From Eledone cirrhosa (lineage: Eukaryota): a stretch of DNA of 64,000 nt. Under the pieces are notes generated by a model, which was not told the DNA's origin, did no database searches, and saw only the letters and a list, made by a program, of their open reading frames with translations. Each line of letters opens with the position of its first letter. The first letter of the stretch is position 1. The stretch spans positions 160,890,001 to 160,954,000 of the forward strand of contig OZ024743.1 of the NCBI GenBank assembly GCA_964016885.1. The letters run 5' to 3'. Positions 53,797-64,000 of this stretch are shown here, one piece after another. The translations under genes and the position numbers were made by a program.

Positions 53797-54015
53797 AACG
53801 TAATCAAAATTTTACAATATTTCTTTCCAAGATTCGATGGAGAAAAAATTTTCCAATGGATATTCCGCCCCTGTAGGGGCGAAAATGAGTTGACCCACCA
53901 CCTGTAGGTCCAGACGGGGGGTCAAGTTACACAATGATATAAAATTTAACTAAAAACTCACGTTTTTTTTCTTACATAAATTAACGGAAACTTCTCCGCG
54001 AAGTTACACACGTCT

Positions 54016-54030
54016 GATAGAGAGATAGAG

Positions 54031-54107
<77 letters not shown>
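54016..54107. repeat. (GATA)n microsatellite between array copies 1 and 2
   Basis: tract joins the 5' end of copy 1 to the 3' end of copy 2. Confidence 0.97.
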
Positions 54108-54108
<1 letters not shown>

Positions 54109-57100
54109 ACTTCTTTATTAGCCACAAGGGCACAAATAATTAATATTAATAAAATAACAAATAACAATTGAAATCCCCAATAGGGGGGAGGTGTTACACA
54201 GGGTTGCACACACCCCGAAAAAATGTACAACACTCATCTCCAGGAGCACCAAGAGGGAGTACTCCCTTCCTCTCTTCCTCTTTTTCCTCAACCTACAGGC
54301 TTATATAGAGAGAAGGCCCAAGGACTCGGGCCATCTTTACCACATTCACCCACCTTTTATAAAATTTGCTGGGGTACAGCACCTCTCTCTACATCCTGAT
54401 TCTTTTTCCAAAATGATATTTGAAAAAACGAATCAGTTGCTCGCCGGAGAGACAGGTGTCTGACCTCGGCCCTTTTAACCTCGTCCACCATATAACCTCT
54501 TTCACCATAGCCATAACACATAGGAAAACTGCCTCTCCCTCGTTTTTGAAGGAGGGTGGCGGTTTGATCATGACAATGGACTCGGTGGTCAACTGGATTG
54601 GTCCCAGCCGCGACAATAGTCGTTCTACATAGCCCCACAGGTCGGTAACGCCCGGTCAGTGTACAAATGCGTGCGCGACGGTTTCCTCGTCGCGCACGGA
54701 TCTCGGACGGATCTTTTTCGTTGAGTCCCTACCCGGTCGCCCGTATCAGTAGAGCTTGTCTCGAACTGGTAGAGCTCCTCGGTAGCACTGCCAGGCCAGG
54801 GACTTTCGGAAGTTGTCCATTGGTCCCGGGCGGAACGTCTTACCGAACAGTCTGGCCAGTTCGTCCTCTTCTATGCCTAGAGTTTCTCCGAGCGTGTCGT
54901 CGCACTTGCTGCGGACCAACCCTCTATAAAATGTCGAAGTGGAGTCTCCACTGATCGCCGGGTCCGCCTGCCAGAGGGTTGTGAGCGCCTGAGCACATTC
55001 GATGTGCCAGTCGCCCTTTTTCCTCGGTCTTTGCTTGACCCAGGACTGCAGCTCGATCAGCGAGACGAGTCGTGGGAAGGCTCGCCTCACGAACGGGGCC
55101 CACACCGGTTGTCTGGTGAGATATACGGGGAGGTGCCGCAGCCTGAGCGCGTGTTTGCGCATCGTCAGCCACGGCATCTCCAGCCCTCCGTTTGAAGGGT
55201 GTTGGCAGCAGATGGATCTTCTCACCAAAGGAGCCCGTTTCTTCCAAAGGAATTGGAAGAGCGCGCGCTCCATTTTGGTGATCGATTTGGCTGGACAAGG
55301 CACGACGGTCAAGCGGTAGTAGATGACGGACGCTATAAAAGTGTTCGCCACCTCCGCTCGACCTTTCAAGGATAGTTTGCACTCGGCCCACTTCTGGGTG
55401 AGCGCAAACACATTGGACGTCACCTCGTTCCAGTTCTTCTCCACCTGGAGGTCAAGACCAAACCAGACTCCGAGCAGCTTTACCGGTCCTTCCGTCCAGC
55501 GTCCGACGACGTCATCGGAAGGCATCGGTTTGCCCTTCCACGTTCCAGGTTGCAAACCGACAGATTTGTCCGGGTTCAGCTTCGCTCCTGTGAATCTTTC
55601 GTATTCCTTCAGTAAGGTGCCGACCTCTCCGATTTGCGAGGCGCTCGACACCATTACTGTCACGTCGTCGGCGTAGGCCGACGCCGCCTTCCGCAGTCCC
55701 GGTTCCGGAGGGATGCCCTGCAATAGCTCCAGCTTCCACAGTAGTGGCTCGAGAGTCAGTACGTACAGAAGGGAGGAGAGAGGGCATCACTGTCGGATGG
55801 ATCGCGTGATATCGAACGGCTCCGAGAGGTAGCCGTTCACCTTGACCCATGAGCAGATGTTGCTGCTGTGCATTGCAGCAATCCAGCCCCTGAACACGGG
55901 TCCGAAGCCTACCGTCTTGAGGACCGCATCCAGGTAACGATGGTCAACCCTATCGAAAGCCTTAGACTGATCCAAGTTGATCAGGGCCCCACCGAAGCCG
56001 GGTTTACAGCCTACCTTCTCTATGATGTATCGTATGAGGTGGAGGTTGTCGTGTATGGACCTGGTCGGGATTGCGCATGTCTGCGCTTCTCCCACCAGGT
56101 TTTCGACGACAAGCGCCAGCCTCTTTGCAAATACCTTGGCCAAAATCTGCAACTCTGTGTTGAGCAGAATTATAGGCCGGAAGTTGCCTATGTCATCCCT
56201 CTTATTCTCGTCCTTCCTGACTAACGTGACTACGCCCTTGTCACAGAACTTGGAATTCTGCCGTTCTGCTGCCAGTTGCAGTAGACCGCTTCCAGGAGAC
56301 CGGAGAACAAGTCCGGCATTGCTACGTCAAATTCTTAGGGTAGACCGTCGAGACCTGGAGATTTTCGTTTGCCGCATTGGCTCAGCGCGTCGCCTAACTC
56401 AGCGGCCGAAATCGACCTTTCGCAGAACTTCGCCTCGCTGTCCGAGAGTCGAGGTAGGCCGTCATGGTATGGACCGAAATCCATAACCTCTCCCGACGCG
56501 CTGCCCTGCCCGAACATTTGAACAAAGTGCCGCTGAAAGGCCGCGCACATCTGCTTCGGCTCACGTATCATGCGTGCGTATTGGTCCTTCAAAGACCGAA
56601 TCGTGGACTTGTTGCCACTTTTCTCCCCTGTCACTGGGGCCCAGCTAACAGCTTTGGCTCCTTCGTTTCCCAGAGCACGTATTTTGCTTCTGACAACGCA
56701 ACCTTCATGCTTTGCGTCGAAGAACTGGTTCTCGTCGCTAGAACGCTGGCTACGTTGGCACTGCTAAGTGCCTCTTCTACTTTATCTACCAGTTCCTTTT
56801 TGGTCTTATTTCTATCCAACACTAATTCTTTACTAAAACCTATCGAGTCTAATCTAACTGCCCTCTTGAGAGAGTACCACCATATGTTATTGACAATGGC
56901 CCCCGTCAAGTGCTGCTTAACTAAAGTGCTAATCCGTCTACTGTAGGCTTTGCATGTCGGTAACGACAAGTGCAGCTTCCAGTAGCCGGGTCCCTGTCTA
57001 TGGGTTTTGTCAAGGTTGACTAAGCAGGTCACTAATTTGTGATCTGAATAGGCAACCATGAACATTTGTGGACAGTTTAACATGTCCCTATCCTTCTTTC

Positions 57101-59894
57101 TAACTAGAACCCTATCTAGGTACGAACTAGATGTTCCGCTGAGATTAGTCCACGTCCACAGTGGCACAGTCGGAAAATCTAGTCGATATCTATCGGCCAG
57201 GTCAAATCCCACTTAGTCCCAACATGCATCTAGGATTCCATTCCAGTCCCCACTAACAGCAGGGAGCGGGACGTTCCCAGAAAAGTCTCTAGATCTTTTA
57301 AGAAGTCTGGTCGCGGTGTCCCGGATGGGGCATATGCGGCCACCAGCCTGAAGGCTCCACCTTCACTATCGTCAACGTTTAGGACCACCAGTCGACCCTC
57401 CGGGTCCAGATGTACCGTCTGTGTTACGAGGTCCAGGTGTTTCCGCAGCAAAACGGCAACCCCACCTCCACGTCCCGGCTGACAGAGAGATGCGTAGATC
57501 TCAAAGTCATCAAAGATGGGGGCCAGTTGTCGCTCGCTATGGATCCTGGACTCGCAAATGTCTACTACATCCATACTGTGCGACCTGAGGTCGTTTAAGA
57601 GTTTGCCCTGTTTCCAGGGCATCCCCAGGCCGCGTACATTCACACATCCAACTCTTATATTGGTCATGTTGGTGCTGAAAAGTTAAAAGAGGGAAAGAAA
57701 TCACTCACCTCTTCGTCTCCTGGGGACCAGGTTGGACAATTTCCATGGGGGTATTGGAGGGGTTGTTTGGTGGGGTGGTTGTCTCTGGCGGGGTGGGACG
57801 GAGATGTTTGGTGGGGAGGGGTGCTAGGTGAGGTGGAGGTATCTGGGGTGTGGGTGGGGAAACATTTCAAAAGGACGCGGTTATAGGGTTTGACGCAGTG
57901 GTTACCTACGTCGTTAGGAAATTTTTCTTTTAACTGTTTATGTGTGTCCATGGAAATCCTAATCATTTTAAGATTAGGATTCTCCGAATGAGTGTGTAAA
58001 ATTGTGTAAAAGTTTTCCCTTCGGTCTCCACCGAAGGGTTTTTATATATGGTGTCTGTTAAAGTTTTATTGTTAGTATTTATGTAGGTGTAACCTTTTTG
58101 TTGTGTTGTGTTGCTTTTTTCTGTGGTTCTTGTGTGTGTTTACGTTTTGTAGTAGGTGTTTTGTTTTCAGGAGGGGGTGTATTTGTTTGTGGTGTTTGCG
58201 TCGCTTGTGTTCGTGTTTGTGTGTTTGTTGCATTTTTGTTTGTGTTATGTCTTTTCTTTTTTCTTTTTACTGGTCGGAAAGGCTCTCCCTCATCGTCACT
58301 GGGTGACGATGATGAGGCCCCATCCGTGTTGTTGGGGAGGGGTATATTTTGGGGAGCTGTTATGTGCGTGGGTGTTTCTGGAGTTGTTTTAGGTGGGGAG
58401 GGGTTGGGTCGGACTGTTGTCATTATTTTGTTGTTGTTGTTGTTGTTGTTGTGGTGGTGGTGGTGGTGGTGGTGGTGGTGGTGATTGTTTTGCTGGTGTT
58501 GCAGGTGATGGCACTAAGGCCTTTTTTGGCTAGTTAGCTGAGGACAGGAAGCTCTCAGGTGACCCCTGCTTAGGCAGTGGTAACATGAGGGCCGCCTACC
58601 CTAGACCGAAATGTTCCGGGATCCTAGCTATTCGTTTTGGTGTCATTTGGACCAGAATTTCCAGGCTAGTTCCGCTGAACAGGTCGCCCGAGAACTTACC
58701 TACCGATATGATATTTCTAGGGCGGTGGATTGGTAGAATCGGTAGAGGATCGAACGCCATGCTTTGACGCATAGAGTTACGGCCCTTGCCATTCTGAGTT
58801 CAAATCCCTCCAAGGTTAACTTTGCCTTTCATCCTTACAGGATCGATAAAATAAAGTACCAGTAATACACTGGGTAATTGCTGGCCTTGTGCCAAAAGTA
58901 GAAACAATTATATTTCTAGGTTTAAAAATCCACACAGTATCAATATTTGGTGTGATACTTTGGATTTTTATTTTCTGTGTTCTTTTCCCCATGTAAGTGG
59001 GGAAAAAGGCGAACAACGGTGACACAATTAGCGACACAGAGTATTTCTGTGCCGTCAGTTAGTCTTTCATCAGAATGGATAAACTCCCGTAGAGTCTACT
59101 CTTCTGAATGAAAGCAATGTCTTTTAAGGTATCTTCTAAAACCAACTCAATTTCGCCTTGTGAAAGTTGAGTCGGTTTTCGGGTTTTGTTTGAGACTGTC
59201 CTGAAAACCAGAGTTTTCAAGGCAGCTTCTCTTCGCAAATCTGGAGGAGAGTTTATGGAGAATGATCCATTCTCCCCAAAAGTTATGTACTGTCTGGCGT
59301 TATTCAAAAGCTCATTTGCATTTGAAATATCTACCGGAGTGTATCTTACCGTTTTTTTACGGTTTGCGAAAACGATATTTTGTCGTTTACTTCCTTGTTG
59401 CAGTTATTGGTCTTGTTGTTGTTGTTATTGTTATTGTTGTTGGTGTTGTTTTCGTTCGTAGCATTGTTGTTGTTGCTGGTGCCGCTGGTTGTGTTGTTTT
59501 TGTTCATTGTTTCACACTTTTGGTTTGTTGCCATGGCAACGTCAAGTTGTCGGTCAGCAGGTGGAGAAAATCCTTCCTCTGGCTGACCTTTGTATTTGAC
59601 ACCTGCTACTATGACAGTGGCAAGGGGAAGCTGTAAGCATATCTTCACCTTTCCTCCTTCGAATGTTGGTGAAGAAGCTCAGCCATTTTTTTTTAAATGT
59701 TAGCTTTTCCAAAAAAAAATGTTTGTGAACTATTTTGCCTAAAGGCGTGGAATGTTTTGAGAGACTGACCAGATCAAAATTTGACCTGGCAGTCCCTCTA
59801 CAAATTGGTATAAAAATGAAGGTTTACAGTTAGGAATTTTCTATAGAAATTTAGGCAGAACTTACCCAGCAAGTTTTACGCGTGTGTCGATCCC
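54108..59894 (-). mobile_element. Full-length Tx1-like LINE in (GATA)n, array copy 2
   Basis: ORF2 start MTNIRVGCVNVRG at 57667, RT fragments very similar to copy 1, more diverged ORF1/5' UTR; GATA tracts on both sides. Confidence 0.92.
58722..58909 (+). mobile_element. tRNA-derived SINE inserted into ORF1 of array copy 2, 11-bp TSD
   Basis: same family as the 28.9-30.2 kb copies; TSD atatttctagg at 58711-58721 and 58910-58920. Confidence 0.9.
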
Positions 59895-59925
59895 AGATAG
59901 ATAGATAGATAGATATAGATAGATA
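59895..59925. repeat. (GATA)n microsatellite between array copies 2 and 3
   Basis: short imperfect tract. Confidence 0.92.
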
Positions 59926-61476
59926 TCTTTCTTTATTTGCCACAGGGGCGTACAAAAATGCGATATTACAAGACGTGACGGCGGGGGTTTTACATAAAAT
60001 CTTTAACAATGATAAATAACAATAAACTATATAAAAATAATACAATTGAAATCCCCATTAGGGTGGGTGAGTGGGGGGGGGGGGGTAAACGCTACTGCGG
60101 GATTGTTTTACACCCCGTGGATAGAACAACCCTCAACACCAGGAACACGTTTTGCAGGTGTTCCCGTCTTCCCTCTGTATATCTTCCCCAACCTACAGGT
60201 TTATATACAGAGAAAGCCCATTCACCCGGGCTATTTTCGACATATTCACCCACCTTTCAGCGAAATTACTGGGGTGTAGCAACTCTCTCTCCACTCTCAC
60301 CTTCCTTCTGAAGTGGTACTTAAAGAAGGGGATGAGTTGTTGTCCGGGGAGAAAGGTGGTTTCCCTCAGTCCTTTTAACCTCGTCAGGAGGCCGGCTTCG
60401 ATCCCGTCTTCAGAGACTGGATCGCTGCCATGCACACCAGCATCTGCTCGGCAGTCAAGGTGAATCGCTACCTATCGGAGCCATTCCAAATCATGCATTC
60501 CATCCGTCAGGTGTGCCCTCTCTCCTCCATTCTGTATGAACTGACTCTCGAGCCATTACTGCGGAAGTTGGAGCTGTTGCAGGGCATCCCGATCGAACCA
60601 GGACTGCGGAAAGCAGCGTCCGAGTATTAACGGTCGACCCTATCAAATGCCTTAGACTGATCTAAATTGATCAGAGCCCCACCGAAGCCAGGTTTACACC
60701 CTACCCTCTCTATGATGTATCGCATGAGTTGGAGGTTGTCGTGTATGGACCTGGTCGGGATTGCACACGTTTGCGCTCCTCCTACCAGGTTCTCGACGAC
60801 AAGTGTTAGCCTCGTTGCTAACACCTTGGCCAAAATCTTTAACTCTGTGTTGAGCAGAGTTATGGGGCTGAAATTGCTTATCTCATCCACCTTATTCTCA
60901 TCTTTCCTGATCAGCGTTACTACGCCTCAGCCTACAGAACTAGGAATCCTCCCGTTCTGCTGCCAGTTGCAGTAGACCGCTTCGAGGACGCCAAAGAACA
61001 AGTGTGGCATGCCTATGTAAAACTCATAGGGCAGACCATCAAAACCGGGTGATTTGCGTTTCCCGCTGCGGCCTAGGGCATCTTCTATTTCGCCCGCTGT
61101 GATCGGCCTTTCGCAGCTCTCTGCATCCGTGCTCGACAGTCGTGGTAAGCCGTCGAGGTAGGAGCTGAACTCCATCACCTCCCTTGACGTCCCGCTTTGC
61201 CCGAACAGTTGTGCAAAATGCTGCTGGAAGGCCGTGCACATCTGCTTGGATTCAAGTAGAATGCGTCCATCTTTGTCTTGCAAAGACCGAATTGTGGATT
61301 TGTTGCCACTTTTCTCCTCTGCCACTCGGGCCCAGCTAACAGCTCTGGCTCCCTCGTTTCTTAGAGAACGTGTTCTACTTCTGACAATACAACCTTCGTG
61401 TTTCACGTTGAAGAACTGGTCTAGTGCCGTTCTCGCCGCTAGCACGTCAGCTGTACTGCCATTCCTAAGTGCCTCT
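59926..61476 (-). mobile_element. 5'-truncated, internally inverted/deleted Tx1-like LINE in (GATA)n, array copy 3
   Basis: minus-strand ORF2 61476-60627, plus-strand RT piece 60385-60626, minus-strand 3' end 60384-59926; GATA tract at 61476-61492. Confidence 0.88.
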
Positions 61477-61683
61477 AGATAGATAGATAGATTATGTTTA
61501 CATTTTCCAGTTTTGAATCACTGGATTGCATTCATATTCTTGAAGGGTTAAATCAATTATATCAACTCTAACAGTGATTTCAGTCTGGTAATTATTTTAT
61601 TGAACTATTTTTATCAAACCACCAAGTTACGGGACATAAACAACGCCAGTGTATGCACATATGAAAATACATCTAGCGATTTA

Positions 61684-61862
61684 GGGCGGTGCATTGGCAG
61701 TATAAGTAGAGCGTCAGACACCATGCTTTGCAGCATAGAGTTATGACCCCTTACGTTGTGAGTTCAAATCCCGCCTCTCATCCTCACAAGGTCGATAAAA
61801 TAAAGCACCTGTAATGCACTGAGTTAATTGCTGGCTTTGTGCCAAAAGTAGAAACAATTATA
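61684..61862 (+). mobile_element. tRNA-derived SINE, more diverged copy
   Basis: ggcggtgcattggcagt...gagttcaaatccc...gtagaaacaatta. Confidence 0.85.
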
Positions 61863-62527
61863 TTATATATATGTAGATAGATTAGTCAGGATATCTAAAT
61901 CACTTCTGCTCACAATTGGTTACTTAATTGAAGACACAACGCACCACATAACATCTACTCTATCAATGTCACTTAAATTTGGCTAATTATAATTTAATAT
62001 TCTGTTTTAAATACACCATAGTTATTTAGATAATTATGCCCCTTTGTAACCGCCATTTTAGATTTATAAGTTAGTCCTCATTTAAAATTATTCGTGATTA
62101 AGGTATGAACTCCGACGTATACTTGCTTCTGGGTATTCCTCTGAAGGAATAATTATACCAGTAATAGTAAAATTCATATGCTGTTGCATAGATTGGGGAG
62201 TGCCCTCCAGCAACATCATTAAAGACAATAATGTTTCTTCTCTGAAGATTCTAATTAAATAATCTTTATAATAAATATGCATACGCATATATATATAGAC
62301 CTGTTATATTGCTTTTATCCCTTAGATGAAACACTGTGTAAGGAGTAAATTTTGTTTTTAAATGTCTTGCCTTCTCCATTTATTTTTGCTGATATATATA
62401 TTATTATTATTAGAAATGTTAGCTATCGCCGTATTTTGACTAAAGAAATTAAAGAAATTATTTAGCCTGATAGTGGGGTTAAGAAACCTCGGAGAAATGG
62501 AAAAAGATGAGTATTGACGTACATGAC

Positions 62528-62554
<27 letters not shown>

Positions 62555-62563
<9 letters not shown>

Positions 62564-63000
62564 GAAGATGTCTGTCTGCGTCTCTGTTTCCCTAAAACTC
62601 GAGAAGTACCCAACCGTTTTTTGTTCAAACTTTACACATGTAACCCGTATGGCCCCGGAAGTGTTTTGAGCAAAAACAAATTTCAAATTATTCTGATCTA
62701 GAGATCGAATTAGTGAAGTAGCCACTGTCTGTACATAATGATGGAGTGAGAGGGGAAAGAAAGAAACGGAGAGGCGAAGTGAAGAAGTGGCTCTCTACCC
62801 CTCCTCCTCCTTCTCCCCATTCGTCACACCGTTTTTCGATAGAGGGGAGAAATGTGAACGAGTTACAGAGAGAGAGAGTGAGAGTGAAAGAAACAGACAG
62901 ATTAAAAGAGGGGGATAGCGGGAGAGAGAGAGAGAGAGTGACAGACGCCGTCTTTTGAGAGTTGTATGCGTCAAAGATACATGACAGTGGAATAACTATT
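62555..63000 (+). mobile_element. Possible non-autonomous Helitron-like element
   Basis: (TA)n then aaaacagaagatgtctgtctg...aaactcgagaa...ttcaaactttacaca, a start pattern reminiscent of non-autonomous rolling-circle elements; weak. Confidence 0.35.
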
Positions 63001-63324
63001 GCGTGTGTGTGTACGTGCGCGCGTGTGTGTGTGAGTTTGTGCGCGTTTGCATGCGTGAGTGTGTATGTGTGCGTGAGTGATTGTAAACTCTCTCACGTGG
63101 TCTGATGGAATTAACCCTTTAGCATTTACATTACTCTATATCTAATATATATTTGTGAAATGGGTAGTGGTTGAAATTCAGAAGTTCACGGTTAAATGGT
63201 AGTAGACGTAGTCGGACGGACATGAAAAAAGTGCCAAGGAAGCAAATAGACGAGGTTTCAAATCTGTAACTTGAAAAATTTGGTCCCTAGGGCCCCTAAA
63301 CGGTCTATTTACTATCGCGTTCGG

Positions 63325-63985
63325 TGAGTTATTTCCCCCTGTTCTAATACTTGGATGAGTTATTTACAATTTCATACAAATGTTTGAACTCATCAACGTT
63401 CTTTCGCTGTTAACATACAGTACCAATAATTTGAAAAATATTATTGAAAGTTTATTATAAAGAAACAGTTTCAGGAAAAAAAATAGAAATATGCACTTGG
63501 GGCTGGACGGCGTACGATGAGAAGTGGAGCGACGTGAAAAGCGTTGTTTATTAACAGCGAAATAGCAATGTCGATGATATGCAAGTTTGAAAATGCAGAT
63601 TAATAAACTGTTGCTTTCTACAGTACGTTTCATTTTCATTTTTCAATTACAGTGGCTCTATATTAAATTTAAATACTTCTATAACGATCATACAGTACCG
63701 TTTTATGAAATCGATTCTGCAGTAGAATTTTACGAAATGCCAAATCGAAAAAGGTCAGTTTTCTAACAAAAGAAATAAAACCCTTACCTTTTCATTGTAC
63801 GCCGTCCAGTCCCAAGTGCGTATTTCTATTTTTTTCCTGAAACTGCTTCTTTATAATAAACTTTCAATAATATTTTTCAAATTATTAACTTGAGTTATTT
63901 CCCCCTGTTCTAATACTTTCTATATTCATTGTCTTATTTACAATTTCATACAATTTTTTAAACTCATCAATTTCTTTCGCTGCGT
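63325..63985. repeat. Local direct and inverted duplications
   Basis: 63425-63516 inverted at about 63797-63886; tgagttatttccccctgttctaatactt and tatttacaatttcataca...aactcatcaa directly repeated at about 63325-63410 and 63891-63982. Confidence 0.7.
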
Positions 63986-64000
63986 TCTTTTGCAGCGTTC

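Larger units (their letters stand above)
48219..54015 (-). mobile_element. Full-length Tx1-like LINE in (GATA)n, array copy 1
   Basis: 5' UTR, ORF1 (53796-51903, frameshifted), ORF2 from 51869, 646-aa open RT + zinc finger, 3' motif; GATA tracts on both sides. Confidence 0.93.

Noticed and set aside
53363-53803. Very hydrophobic + strand ORF resembling a membrane protein (similar ones at 4524 and 58098)
   Set aside because: Antisense of the Asn/Thr-rich low-complexity ORF1 of the LINE
63111-63128. ttaaccctttagcattt, a piggyBac-like terminus (TTAA + CCC)
   Set aside because: No matching downstream terminus or transposase visible in the window

Overview
Eukaryotic, AT- and microsatellite-rich DNA made almost entirely of mobile elements; I can support no host gene. 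The SINE family and repeat style suggest a cephalopod (octopus-like) genome, which is inference only. The dominant component is about 11 copies or fragments of a Tx1/L1-clade LINE (CCHC-knuckle ORF1; APE endonuclease-RT-zinc-finger ORF2), most ending in the 3' motif CCCTTGTGGC(C/T)AATAAAGAAA. Three of them form a head-to-tail array (48.2-61.5 kb) in which every junction is a (GATA)n tract, while related copies sit next to (AAT)n, suggesting microsatellite-targeting lineages with different specificities. Also present: two R4/Dong-like RLE elements, RTE and CRE fragments, a mariner fossil, a Penelope-like (RT + GIY-YIG) element with inverted terminal repeats, tRNA-like SINEs with clear TSDs and Helitron-like repeats. 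In the (TA)n-rich zone at 39.6-48 kb there are several non-coding repeats carrying type I hammerhead ribozyme motifs, including a roughly 390-430 bp tandem retrozyme-like unit.
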